From the NCBI GenBank assembly GCA_951406725.2, contig OX597832.1, forward strand, positions 5,270,001-5,334,000: a DNA stretch of 64,000 bases, given 5' to 3'. The position numbers and the translations under genes are program-made. This document shows, in pieces, positions 1 through 12,189 of this stretch (its first letter is position 1; the number at the start of each line of letters is the position of its first letter). The stretch comes from Octopus vulgaris. Taxonomy: Eukaryota. The notes under the pieces were generated by a model that saw only the letters and a list, made by a program, of their open reading frames with translations, was not told the origin of the DNA and did not search any database.

Positions 1-18
1 AAAAATTACATAGTACTA

Positions 19-421
19 GGCGCGGAAGTGACTGTGTGGTAAGTAGCTTGCTTATCAACCACATGGTTCTGGGTTCATTCCCACTGCGTGGCACCTTGGG
101 CAATTGTCTTCTACTATAGCCTTGGGCCGACCAAAGCCTTGTGAGTGGATTTGGTAGACGGAAACTGAAAGAAGCCTGTTGTATATATATATATATATAT
201 ATGTATATGTGTGTGTGTGTGTATGTGTGTTTATGTGTTTGTGTTTGTCCCCCAACATCGCTTGACAACTGATGGCGGTGTGTTTACGTCCCCGTAACCG
301 CAAAAGAGACCAATAAAATAAGTGCTAGGCTTGCAAAGAATAAGTCCTGGGGTCAATTTGCTCGACTAAAGGTGGTGCTCCAGCATGGCCACAGTCAAAT
401 GATTGAAACGAGTAAAAGAGT
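19..421 (+). mobile_element. Full-length tRNA-derived SINE, family A (central TA/TG microsatellite, tail GAAACAAGTAAAAGAG)
   Basis: A/B-box-like head (GTGACTGTGTGGTAAG...GGGTTCATTCCC), CTTGGGCAA core and a conserved tail. About 20 related copies occur in the window. Confidence 0.9.
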
Positions 422-698
422 AGTAATTACATGGTACACTGTGTTGTTAAGCAGATGATATATATGAGCAAAATATTGCTACATGGATATCACATGGCAT
501 TTAGTGTTGGTAAACATATATCTTATGATGCATAGTGTTGGTAGAAATACTTCTAAAGTTAACAGTATTAGAATACATATATATATCACATGGAATATAG
601 TGTTCAAGGACGTACTCATATGGTGTGTGGTGCTGGAAGACAATCAAATGGGATGAGGTTTCTCTTTGACGCTCACTAAATTATGAAAAAATATTTAC

Positions 699-866
699 CT
701 GGACATTTAATTCCGGAAGAGAGATTCTGATATATACAGTTCCTACATTGTCTTGGTTAGGGATCGGAATGTAGTCATTTGGATTCATCATAAACTCCAT
801 GTCCTCTGCATCCAATGGTGGATTATAATCTTCAATATAAGATGATGATGTTCGAAATGTGTTCAT
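699..866 (-). CDS. SHANK: First coding exon of a SHANK/Prosap-family scaffold protein (start of the N-terminal SPN ubiquitin-like domain); gene continues left of the window
   Basis: 56 codons ending ...GTVYIRISLPELNVQ, followed by a phase-0 donor CAG|GTAAAT at 698. The end matches the Shank SPN start as I recall it (SHANK3 VVRVGIPDLQQT|KC, with an intron at the same point). The ATG has an AAAATG context and an in-frame upstream TAA. Only one exon is visible, so the family call rests on about 15 residues. Confidence 0.72.
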
Positions 867-914
867 TTTGCCTCCGAAATTGAATTAACCAGCTTAATGA
901 ATTAAACAGATGCA
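867..914 (-). other. 5'-UTR part of the same exon, with a strong splice acceptor
   Basis: Minus strand reads poly-T tract then CCAG|TGCATC (AG at 916-915). This implies further non-coding exons upstream, at higher coordinates. Confidence 0.75.
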
Positions 915-1289
915 CTGGAAAAAAAAAAAAAAAATCATGGTCATTATAATCATAGAGAAGAATGCATTTTATTAATAAAAGTAAAAAAATATGAAGAAAT
1001 GGTAGAGACATAAGATCTACAAGCACAACAAAGTCAAATCATTTAGAATAAAGATTTACAGGGAAGTGGAAATTTTTTAAGCTTGGTAGACAGACTGTTT
1101 ACTGCTTGAGGCATGATAATTAATCTCTCTGTGAATAGAAAGAAGGTATTGTTTTTGCAATGAAGTTCCAAGAAGACTAGAGATTACATTGATTTCAGAT
1201 TGATTCTAACCATGGAGAGATAAAACATGAAATGTTTATCTAATTTGTTTATTCTTCAGAGGAAAGCTAAACTGTATGCGTATTGAAAA

Positions 1290-1505
1290 TGCATGTGTGT
1301 ATCTTTGTGACTGTATTTGTTCCCTACCACTGGTTGAAAACCAGTGTTGGTACATTTACATCCCCATTACTTAGCAGTTCAGAAAAAGAGACCACGCTTA
1401 AAAAAAAAAGTACTGAGATCAATTCATTTGCCTAAAAATTCCTCAAGGTGGTGCCCCAGCGTGGTCGCAGTCTAATGACTGAAACAAGTAAAAGATAAAA
1501 GATAC
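1290..1505 (+). mobile_element. Family A SINE, 3' half
   Basis: GGTGGTGCCCCAGCGTGG...ATGACTGAAACAAGTAAAAGATAAAAG tail. Confidence 0.8.
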
Positions 1506-2407
1506 AGATACCTTACATTTTAGTATATTTGAATACCAAGTAGTCTTAGTTAAAAAAACAAAGAGGACCCTGTTCAATAAAGTGTTCTGTGTATCTATGC
1601 TACAGAACAGAATAACAATTTATTCATAGTCTTTATCACTGTACAATTCACAGATTATTTCTATCTACCAATGTATGACCAAGAGAAGACAACAACCTGC
1701 TCTAACTTTACATACGAAGTTCAAACTTCACAAAGAAGAGTCCATGCCAAAAACCCTTGGAAAAAAAAGCAAAAACAAAATCAAAACAGAAACTATCTGG
1801 ATTGAGGATAACTTAAGAATTCAAGTAGTTTTTGAAGTGAACTACAATTGAATATTAAGAACATGGGGAAATATTAAAAATTGATATAAATTCCTGAGAT
1901 AAAACATGAAGTGCTACTGATTTGTTTGTTCTTCAAAGGAAAGCTAATATTATATGTTAATTAAGAATGCATAAATTTCATTTCAGCATATTTATATTTT
2001 ATTCATCGAAACTGGGAGTCTTGAAGGGTGTTGAGTAAATAATAATTGGGGTATTATATCAAGTTTGTTATTGAAATGATGGATGGGTTTTGGGTGGAGG
2101 AATAGATGGATGGTCCATATTATTACAGAAATATGAAGCTGGAAGTGGTTTGAGCAAATGTAAACAAACTCAGTAAGGTCAGCCTATCTTTTATCTTTTA
2201 CTTGTTACAGTCATTGGACTGTGGGTATGTTGGGGAACAGCCTTGAAGAATTTTTAGTTGTACTTAATTGTTTTGCTAAGCCTGGTACTTATTTCATCAG
2301 TCTCTTTTGCTGAACCGCTAACTTATGAGAACATAAACACACCAACACTGGTTACCAAGCAGTAGTGGGGGACAAACACAGACACAACTCAAACACACTA
2401 ATATAAA

Positions 2408-2547
2408 TGTATATATTTATAAACAAAAGACGAAGGCAGGTGGAGTACAAACAAACAAATGTATTAGTATGGTGCTCAGGAATAGAAATAGAACAAGTCT
2501 TTTACATTTCGACCCTACGCTCTTCGACAGAAAGACACATAGAAAAA

Positions 2548-2550
<3 letters not shown>
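2408..2550 (-). mobile_element. Penelope-like terminal repeat fragment with a hammerhead-like motif (2497-2536)
   Basis: Reverse-orientation homolog of 15914-16030. Minus strand reads GTCTTT-CTGTCGA-A-GAGCGTAGGGTC-GAAA-TG-TA-AAAGAC. Confidence 0.6.
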
Positions 2551-2581
<31 letters not shown>

Positions 2582-2582
<1 letters not shown>

Positions 2583-2790
2583 TAGTATTATAACCCAATT
2601 TCATTCGGGTCAACTCGGGCCACATTTTAAAGATGAGGAATTTTGCCCTAGAGGCTAAGCAAACTCAAAGTTGCCATGCAAATTCCTCAGCACTTTTAAC
2701 ATAGGTATACATATTTTCAGGTCAATCAGACCACATTTACTAACACTTTTGCCTGCACAAATGCTTGCGAGACAACATTTTTCACAAATA
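2582..2790 (-). mobile_element. Helitron-like 3' end fragment
   Basis: Minus strand ends with hairpin ACCCGAATGAAATTGGGT, then TATAATA, then CTAG|T, next to (TA)n. The 5' limit is approximate. Confidence 0.5.
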
Positions 2791-3860
2791 TATAGTAGAT
2801 ATATACATGTATGCATGTACACACACACACACACACATACGATAGGCTTCTTCCAATTTCCATCTACCAAATCCATTCAGAAGGCTTTGGTTGACCCAAG
2901 GCTGTAGAAGAAGACACTTGCTCAAGCTGCAATGCAATGGGACTGAACCCAGAACCATGTGGTTAGGAAGCAAGCTTATTACCACACAACCACACTTGTG
3001 CCTATGAACACTAATGTTATAGAACTTATGTGGAGAGAGCTGAGTAGAGTAACGTTCTGCTTAGAAGTTGAGCCCAGTTGCAGTATGATTGTATGTTGAG
3101 TGGTCCCCATCAGAGTAGTAGGTAAACAGTATGAGGTTTATTAAGTTCACCGGGAGAGGGGAAAAATCTTAATCACTTGGTGACCAAGAGACAGTTGATT
3201 AGTATCTGTATTAGAGGTAACTATGAGTATGGTAAAAGAGTAGAAAGAGGAAATAAACTGAAAACACATAGTTTTACAGAGCTTTGGGAACACTCTGGGT
3301 AGAAACAAATGAATGTTGACTATACTTATTCTAATAGAAGTAGTAACGTATTGATGTATGATTGCAATGGTGGTCATAGTTATCACATGTACCACATGGT
3401 CCTCCAATGTAAGGCTTATAGTTATAAAATAAACTGTAAAAAAAAAATGAGGGAAAAAAACATAGGAGAGAGAAAGAGAGAAACAGACAGAGAGACAGAG
3501 ATAAACAAAAAGAATTAAGTGATTATAAAGTCAAAAAGATCATTAAAAAGAAATTGAGAGAAAGAGAGACTTAAGTGATTATAAAATTATTATAGAGTCT
3601 GAAGCCATGCAGAGTAGTTACATAATTATTAATGGTACGCATGAAGTACTGTTAATATGGTGTCATAATTTTGATCCATTTGTTGTGCTCAAATGATGAA
3701 AATACATAAGGTTTGATGGGCAAGATGAATGAATATATGTTGGGGCAGTGTAAGAAGGGCATGAGAAAAATCTTGAAGGGGAATGTTACAGAAAACTAGT
3801 GTGTATATAAGGGGTCCAAGTTTATCTGGTGTAAACAGTCATTCTTATGATTGTTTATAT

Positions 3861-4208
3861 CAGGGATTCTCAACCATTTTTTATCGATGGACCTCAATGT
3901 GTTCTGGTTGACCCCTTCCCACTCCATAGCCATTTGATGTTTAAAAACTAGTTTTATAGAAACTTCTTTCCAAATTCCTATTTTGTTTATCACAAATTAA
4001 CTTTTGTTAGTTGAACTATGTAAAATGTTAGAGAAAGAAACCCAGCCATTTTTTGCAATACATACCAATGCATATATCTAAAACAAAAATTTTTCAGGGG
4101 TCCTTAAAATACTATTGTGGATCCCCAGTTTACTATTTTCTTGTGTGGACCCCGTAAAATTTTATATGGACCTGCAGTGGCCACGTGAACCCTGATTGAA
4201 AACCACTG
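3861..4208. mobile_element. hAT/Charlie-type MITE
   Basis: TIRs CAGGGATTCTCAAC / ATTGAAAACCACTG, with a perfect 8-bp TSD GTTTATAT at 3853-3860 and 4209-4216. Confidence 0.85.
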
Positions 4209-5920
4209 GTTTATATGGTCTGTTAATGAGACAAGAAGAATAATACATCAATGTGGGGTGGTGGTGAATGATTATGAGAAAATAGTGAGAAGGGGAAGGA
4301 GGTAAAAGCTATGGATAACAGGGTTTGCAGCAATCATGGTGCTGTGATGATAACCACCATCCATCGGATCACCAGTTTGCAGTTAGGGCAGTAGCCTGTA
4401 AACATGCAGGTTAGCTGTACATACTTCATAAGAAGTCCTGGACAAAATCATGAGTTACTCTTTGGCAAGGTATATCACCTGTTAGTCATCCTGCCAGGGT
4501 CATGGCGAAATCCTGAAGCCCGGAAAAGAGTGGAAATGTTACAATCATTGAAATGTAGGATGGAAGTATGGAATAGAAAGCAAGGCCTAAAATACTTCAA
4601 CTTAGGGTTTTTTCCCACTTCCCAGAGTAAATTACTACACTTTTAATAATCATTGTCAGGGGAACCTGTCAATTTGACTGGCACTGTAATTGTCTATAGG
4701 ACTTGTGACCATAGATGAAGAATTAGCAATTGAAAGACATGGTGATAATAATAGTCATGGATAAACTGTGGCCTGTGCAACTTTCTGAATGATATGCCTT
4801 ACTTTATGAGAAAAATAAGGTGCATTAAAATATAAACTGAATGCTTTTAACAGTGCAGTTCCACTTGATGATGAACCATGTTTCATGTGGCATGCTTCTT
4901 GAAAATGATTGCCCATACCTGATTCATATTTTAGATAAGTTTATATGTTTTTTCCTTGCACATAGTCACTTCTTGGATTTTTCAGCAGCAGAGTAATACT
5001 TTATAAAGTAGGGTTTGGATTGCTTTAAATGTATCTTCTGGTGGAGCTGTATATAGTTCTAACCCAAAACAAATTGGAAAATGTTGAGTCTTTTCATAAA
5101 GTTTGTACCATTGAAGATACATAAAACTATCTCTGAATATGTTACTAATGAAATTGTTTAGTTGTCCTGCAAACACAATATGTAAAACCTATCAATCATG
5201 TTTTTGCACATTATTACTTTGTAACTTGGTGGAAGTGTATTGGGAAGTCTTTTGAATAGTACCTGCAAACACTAAAAACTTTGAATAAGTTCATAAGTAC
5301 TCTTTCATACACAAACACTAACATGGGATATTCAATGAAACATACAATTTCTTTTTATATGGTTTTCACAGATTATCAGCAGTCAAAGCCTACATCTCAG
5401 TGTTATGCATCACACAAGTATCATAATTTGCCCCTCAGTTTGAAGAAGAAGCCTTTTTATATCAGAAGGGGTTCTTCAAACTTTCCCCAACCATTTTGTA
5501 CTCTGGATACTGCATATTATAAACATCCACACAACTACAGCTAATTAGGTCCCTTGGATAACAAAAGCTATCAATTGCTTCAAGGGAGCCATCTGAGGTA
5601 TTTCAGAGAATCTGTTTTCCTAATGTGCATAGTGTGTTTTGCTGCAGTGTACCAGCTGCATAAAAAAAAATCTAACTTCTCTGCTCACCTATCTGTGATG
5701 TCACTGCAACTGTTGTGTATCCTTTGTTTACACTGGGCTTATATTATGGGTTTTCTACTGACACCTCCTCTGCATATAGGAGGGCATGGTCATTTCCTTG
5801 ATGATATTAAGTTTCTGTCTTCTTTCTTACTAAAACGTTTGTTTTTCTAAACTTACTTCAGTTTCAGATCCTACAGTTCCAGGTTCTGCTTCCATATCAG
5901 CAAACCTAAAACACTTAACA

Positions 5921-6491
5921 CTTGGCCATTAATTCGTAGCATCAGATGTTGTGTACAAGAGAGGAGACTGTGCTGGTATGGCCATGTAATGCAAATGAAT
6001 GAGGACAGTTGCATTAAGACGTGCCAATCTCTAATTGTAGAGGGAACATGTGGAAGAGGTAGACCCAGGAAGATGCTGGACAAAGTAGTGAGAAAGGATC
6101 CACAAATGTTGGGACTCACAGAGGGGATGACAGGGGACCAAAACTCCTAGCAGTTTGCTGTGCTTGAAAAGACACATCAAGCTAAGTAAAGGCATATTTG
6201 CCCTTGCATGTAGGCTCGTCTCTTGCAATCCTCACCAGTTGAGCATCCCTAATCTTGTGGACAGGTAAGTGCTGGTGCCACATAAAAAGCACCCACATTA
6301 GGGGTGTGCAAAAGCACCCAGTACATTCTGTAAAGTGGCTGGTGTTAGAAATGGCATCCAGCCTTAGAAATCATGCCAAAACAGACATGGAGCCTGAACA
6401 GCCCTTCAGCTGGTCAACTTCTGTCAAACCATACAACCCATGCCAGCATGGAAAATGGATGTTAAATGATGATGATGATGATGATGATGAT
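5921..6491 (+). mobile_element. RTE-clade LINE 3' end (ORF C-terminus, 3'UTR, (GAT)n tail)
   Basis: Translates as IRCCVQERRLCWYGHVMQMNEDSCIK...GRGRPRK, followed by a GGCATCCAG motif and a GAT tail. Confidence 0.85.
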
Positions 6492-7239
6492 TTCCTATCC
6501 CATTTTTCTGTAAGGTGGTTGGGTAAAGAAAATTAGAAGCTTTAAATATAAATTGTTTTAAAAATTTATTTTATGGTAATACATTGATAATATATTGAAA
6601 GAAAATGTTTCAATGTTCTTTCACAATTAAAGCTCTTCCTACAACCACTGTAGGTTTAATAAAGGGTACAGTTCGAATTCTGAGAATGTTGTCAAATATG
6701 ACAGTTACACGAAGAAAGCTGGTGAATAGAGCAATTGAAACATGACTGACAATCAAACAAGATGACACTAATCCAAATACATCAATGCATTATATTAATG
6801 ATAATTCCTCATCTCAGAAATCCAGGCAAAATGTACTGATCCTAAATAATGAGAATGTAATCTTATAAACGCTCATCTTATAAGATTATTTCTATGAGAA
6901 TTAGCCACTCACTTACCAATCTCTCATCAAACAATTGGATATTTGGAATCAATTGAATGAAGTTGAAGGATGCCTACATACATAATATTCAAATGGAAGT
7001 GGAAAAAAAAAGGTAGGCACATACCTGAGTCAGAGACAGAAAAGTCTCTGAAGAACACATATATTTGGATAACCATCCTGTTATCCTATATTCAGTGTGA
7101 AACTGATTGGTAAGGTAGGTTGAAATGGACCATGGGTCTATAATACTGTTTACTTTGATTAATATATCCATTCTAATGTCAAACATTTGAGTGCCTATTT
7201 TATCTGACTGTTAGACAACAATATGTGTGTGTGTATGTG

Positions 7240-7582
7240 TGAAAGCGCGTGGCTTAGTGGTTAAGATATTTGGCTCATAATTGTAGCATCATGTGTTCAA
7301 TTCCTGTTGATGCATTGTGTCCTTGAGCAAGTTACTTTATATTATGTTGCTCCACTTTATTTCACATTGCTCCAGTCCACTCAGTTGGCAAAAATTAGTT
7401 GTACCTGTACATCAAAGGACCAGCCTTGTCACACTTTGTGTCATGCTGAATCTCTCTGAGATCTATGGTAAGGGCACAAATGTCTGCAGTGTGCGTAACC
7501 TCTTACATGTTAATTTCACAAGCAGACTGTTCTGCTGATTGGATCAAATGGAACCCTGATTGTTGTAATCGACAGATTGCCA
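7240..7582 (+). mobile_element. tRNA-derived SINE, family C (V-SINE-like core GTGTCCTTGAGCAAG)
   Basis: Homologous copies at 16067-16390 and 22459-22770. Confidence 0.8.
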
Positions 7583-8232
7583 GTTATAGTTATATATTTA
7601 TATATAAGCAAATGTGTGGATTTGCATTTATAAATATGAAAAAGAGCAAATTCAATATGCTAAATAGAGAATATGTATTTATTACTTGTGAAGAGATGAG
7701 GTTTTTTCAGCTTTATAAACACACACATAAGTAGCAGCAGCAACAGCCACCACCACCACCATATAGGAAAATATTACCTTGCTTGGAAACAAGTGAAGGT
7801 TGGCACCATGAAGCAAATCTGTCCATAGAAAATCTGACTCAACAAATTCCATCTGACTCATGCAAAGTGGACTTTAAAATGATGATAATAATTTTTTTTT
7901 TTAAACATTAATACCGGTTGGTGAGAGAGTGCCAAGCATGAAAGTAAGTTGATTCTCTTTAAGCTAGTGAGACCAGAGGGTGGGACTGCAGGGGATTGCG
8001 ATGTTCAGAAACCACACATAATGTAATTGTGGTAGTTGGAATGTGTGATAAAATTAAACTTAGACTGATTTTGGACAACACAGCAGCAACATTTAACACT
8101 GCATATATACCACAATTAGGACTAGTAAATGATCAAAGGGATTGCTTTTATGAAGCCTTCTTTCAGACTATGTTGATAACAAATAACAATGACCTTGTTT
8201 ACTTAGCTCTTGATATTAAATGGATGTGAGAG

Positions 8233-8452
8233 AAGGTGACAAGCTGGTAGAATCGTTAGCACATGGAGTGAAATGCTTAGCAGCATTTTGTGTGTCTTCA
8301 CATTCTGAGTTCAACTTTTGCCAAGGTCCACTTTGCCTTTCATTCTTTCAAGGTCGATAAAATAAATAGCAATTGAGTACTGGGGTTGATGTAATTGACT
8401 TACTCCCTCCTCTGAAATTGTTGGCCTTGTGCCAAAATTTGAAATCAATATT
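8233..8452 (+). mobile_element. SINE family B (Meta-domain-like TTTGCCTTTCATCCTTTCGGGGTCGATAAA)
   Basis: Decayed copy. Further copies lie near 19680, 32290, 32695, 49660, 53941, 54342, 54588, 57205, 57622, 61870 and 63715. Confidence 0.8.
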
Positions 8453-9350
8453 AATGGATACGACAGGCAACAGGTGATAGCTTCTGTGGTGTACATGGAA
8501 GTCATGGTTATGGTACAAGGAATGAGGAAAGATCAAGACTTCTAGAATCCTGTAATGCACATGACTCAAACATTTGCAACACTAGCTTCACGAAACCAAT
8601 CAACCAACCACCCATCCACCTGACCAGTTACCAATCTGGCCAGATAGACGTTATATTCACAAGGAAATGTAACAGATGGATGGTTGTGAATACTAAGTCT
8701 TTCCCTGGTGAAACATCTACCACTCAACATTGACTAGTAATTAGTGAATAGATATGGTAGATGGAAACTGAAAGAATCCCACCATTTATAGGTGTGTGTG
8801 TCCTTGTTTTAACATCACATAGTAGTTGCAAATGAGTGTTAATGTCATGCATGCAGTGTCATTCATTTCCAATATTCTGTGAAACATGAGGAGATATTAC
8901 CTTATTTGGAAACAGATGAGTGTTAGTGACAAGAAACGACATCTGGCTGTAGAACATCTGCCTCAAAAGACTATCCTAAGCAGGCATGGAAATGATGATG
9001 ATGATGCTTACATATGTGTGCGTGCGCATGAGTGCATGTATGTATGTATGTATGTGTTTGAATAAATTAATGTAGGCAGAGCAAAATAAATTGAACTATT
9101 TAGTGATGTCAGGGAAAAGAGAACACCTCTAGTGCCACATTGAAAATGTAAACAATACAAAATGTAAAGTGGTTGGTGATAAAAAAGAGCATTTGGCCAA
9201 AGGATGCACATTATAAATGTAAGCTACAAGTAAAATGAAATCTCAGGCACATCTTGGAGAGCAAAACAATCATAACATCTGACTTGGATTCCATGCCAGC
9301 ATAGGCAACCAGATGTGAAACAAGGATGATCATGATAATGATGATGTGTA

Positions 9351-9383
<33 letters not shown>

Positions 9384-9639
9384 ATACACATTTATAAGAG
9401 CATGTATATATGGAAAATAATCTGCCCCTAAACTGTCAGAACCCATGAAAGCATGGAAAAGTGGATTCTAAAATGGTGATGTATATATATATTTTATTAA
9501 TAAGCAGAAGATGGCAATCTACCAATTCCATTCATCAGGCTTTGGTCAGCCAGGGGCTATAGTAGAAGACATTTGCTGAAGGTACCATGCTGAACCCAGA
9601 ACCATGTGGTTGGGAAACTTCTTACCATATAGCTGTGCC

Positions 9640-9896
9640 GCTGGACTGGCTCCCATGCAGGTAGCATGTAAAAAACACCTTTTGAGCATAGTCATTGCCA
9701 GAACCGCCTGACTGGCACGTAAAAGCACCCACTACACTCTCAGAGTGGTTGGTGTTAGGAAGGGCATCCAGCTGTAGAAACTTTGCCAGATCAGATTGGA
9801 GCCTGGTGCATCCTTATGGTTTACCAGTCCTCAGTCAAACCATCCAACCCATACCAGCGTGGAAAGTGGACATTAAATGATGACGATGATGATGAT
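9640..9896 (+). mobile_element. RTE-tail-derived repeat, family D
   Basis: AAAAGCACCC...GTTAGGAAGGGCATCCAGCTGTAGAAA...TTAAATGATGACGATG. Other copies lie near 10020, 14085, 23383, 25027, 34200, 35428, 42600, 47795 and 57918. Confidence 0.8.
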
Positions 9897-10789
9897 AAGC
9901 AACCATAATAATAAAATGTAACCAAACAAATTCTGTAAAGGGACAACAGGGACAATATAGAATAAAGAAGATCTTTTATCTTTGCTGAAAAGAAGACAAC
10001 CTCTCTAATGCTGATCGCACAATAAAATGCACCCTGTACACTTTGTAAAATGGTTAGTGTTAGGAAATACATCCAGTTATAGAAATAATGCCCAAAATTG
10101 AACATATGAGGGTAATGTAGTTCGCAGTCCATCTAAAAGGGCATTTATTCCAAATAAGAACTGAATCAGATCATGATAACCCACCCAACCTATGCCAGCA
10201 TGGAAAACAGATAATATTGATGATGGTGAGGAGGAAGAGAGGAAGGAGATGAGGATGATGATGAAATGTTCTTATACCTATGGAAGAATGGCTTGCTATA
10301 TCTATGTGATCAGTTCATAATTAGACACAATGAAATATTGTTTAAATAATTTAATTAAATTTCTAATGTGAATTTATGTAGAGATATTTCAGTAAATAAG
10401 CCCTTAGCTAATTGCCAGATTACTGAAAACATTCCCTAAAATAAGTAGAAGAGGAATTTTTTAAAAATAGTAACTTTTAATCAATATAATAGTAGGAGAT
10501 TATCATTTATCATTCGAAAATACATTCAATGTCTGTGTCAAGGTTAGAGATTTTCCACTATATCAAATCATAAATTACCTTCAATCATTTTAAAGTAAAA
10601 AGATTAAATCCAATTGTCCTTGAAAACAAAACAGATTAACATAAATTATCAATCTGGAATGTAAATGGTTTATAATCTAATTGCCTTCTGAATACAAATA
10701 TTACTTTTATAGCTTACTTTCATTGAAAAAGTCAGGGCATAGTTTCTCATTATAAAAATTCAACAGAAATTTTTAGACTTCAGAGGTGA

Positions 10790-10980
10790 ATATTGCCAAT
10801 TCTTTCTTCCTTACAATGTCAGCACTCTGGAACTCCTCTCCTGCTTCTGTCTCAGGTGTCAACTTGCAACACTTTAAACAGAACATTAATGCTCTCAGAT
10901 ACACCAGCCTTAGATGGTCTGTGAAGGATATGGACACTTCTTCAGAGCCAGCAAGTTAAAAATTATTAAAAAAAAAAAAT
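10790..10980 (+). mobile_element. CR1/L2-group LINE 3' end remnant
   Basis: Reads NSFFLTMSALWNSSPASVSGVNLQHFKQNIN (compare SFFPRT..LWNSLP...FK..V), then a poly-A tail. Confidence 0.55.
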
Positions 10981-11229
10981 AATAGTATGTAACTTTCCAA
11001 ATGCTAGAGAGTTGAGTGACTTGGCTACAGGTATTTATTTGCTATTTCTTACAGGTCAAGCAACCTCACAGGAGTTCTCTCATTGGTGCTTGTAGTCAAT
11101 GTGTAGTGTGATACAGATATCACAAATAGCTATTAATATCATCAGATACATAGAACATATAAAAATAATTTATATGGGTGCTTCATCCTATGTTATTCAC
11201 AATGCATAGTATCTATAGCCATGTCACTC

Positions 11230-11470
11230 AAATCTCTAGCCCTCGGGTAGACATCCAGCTGGGTGTTATCCTTAATATGTTTCCTAGTTTAACATCACTA
11301 CCATATCCTTGGATATGTTTAGTAACATTCATTTAGATAGAAGTGTTTGGACCAGCTTGCTAGTTCTTCAGTTATCAGTACATGTTGTAGATATTGACCA
11401 ATAGATGCTCAAACTGGGTATCATCGACATCAATTTCATTAGTCTTAATGAGCAAGGTCATAAGCATTGT
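11230..11470 (-). mobile_element. Highly decayed LINE reverse transcriptase remnant (Rex1/CR1-like)
   Basis: Across frameshifts the minus strand reads DVDDTQ ... LASWSKHFYL.MNVTK..KDMVV, resembling YVDDT...W...N.L.LN..KTKEMVV. Confidence 0.35.
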
Positions 11471-12189
11471 TATTCATTCTCTGACAAACTAAAAAAAAAC
11501 AACCTTGGAGTCTCCCTATTTCTAAGTATCACAGTATCATACAGGTCACTGCTGTAAGCAGCAAGAACATTGTAAAGTTAATAAATAGTCTGTTATGTTT
11601 GAGTGCTGAGTTCAGTTATCTGATAAGAAAATTATAGACTTTCGATAGACTTGCATCTTATATGGGGAGAATAACCTTTCATATTGCATAAACTAGAGAT
11701 AAGCACAAGTCCAGTTGTTCATGGACACAACAGAACTAACTGATTGGTAGTAAAAGTGATCTCATGTTGATGAATTGTGTGATTTTTCTGATTGGAAAAT
11801 AGAAAAGAGGTCCTCATTTATGGTTGGTAACAATGACTACATGATCAGCAAGTTAGTGAATAAACATAAGTGAAAATGCATTTAGTCAGGCTGCATAGAA
11901 ATTTGATGTCAAAACTCAAACTTAACGAGTGTTTGGTAACTTATTCATCAGAATGCTGGAGATTGACACGCTTAGGGTGTCAATCTCATCACTTAAGTAG
12001 CAGTTTTAATAAAAAACTTTTTTACAACTATGTTTCTATATATGAAATTTCAACAAGACTATGATTTTATGTATGAAATTTATCCTCATTCATGGACAAT
12101 TAAAAAAAAATTTTTGTTTCATATATTTTTCTAATATGAAAGATAAAAGTGAAGAGCTGTATACACCCATCCATCCATTTTCACAGCAC

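Larger units (their letters stand above)
2187..3003 (-). mobile_element. Family A SINE split by nested insertions
   Basis: Tail at 2187-2400 and head at about 2815-3003, with PLE-type and Helitron pieces in between. Confidence 0.75.

Noticed and set aside
19-100. tRNA genes at SINE heads
   Set aside because: A/B-box-like motifs are present, but there is no complete cloverleaf and each continues into a SINE body.
55-303. Recurrent ORFs of the type LLSVSVYQIHSQGFGRPEAIVEDTCPRCHAVG (also near 26799, 31569, 34673 and 60576)
   Set aside because: These are antisense translations of family A SINEs, not a gene family.
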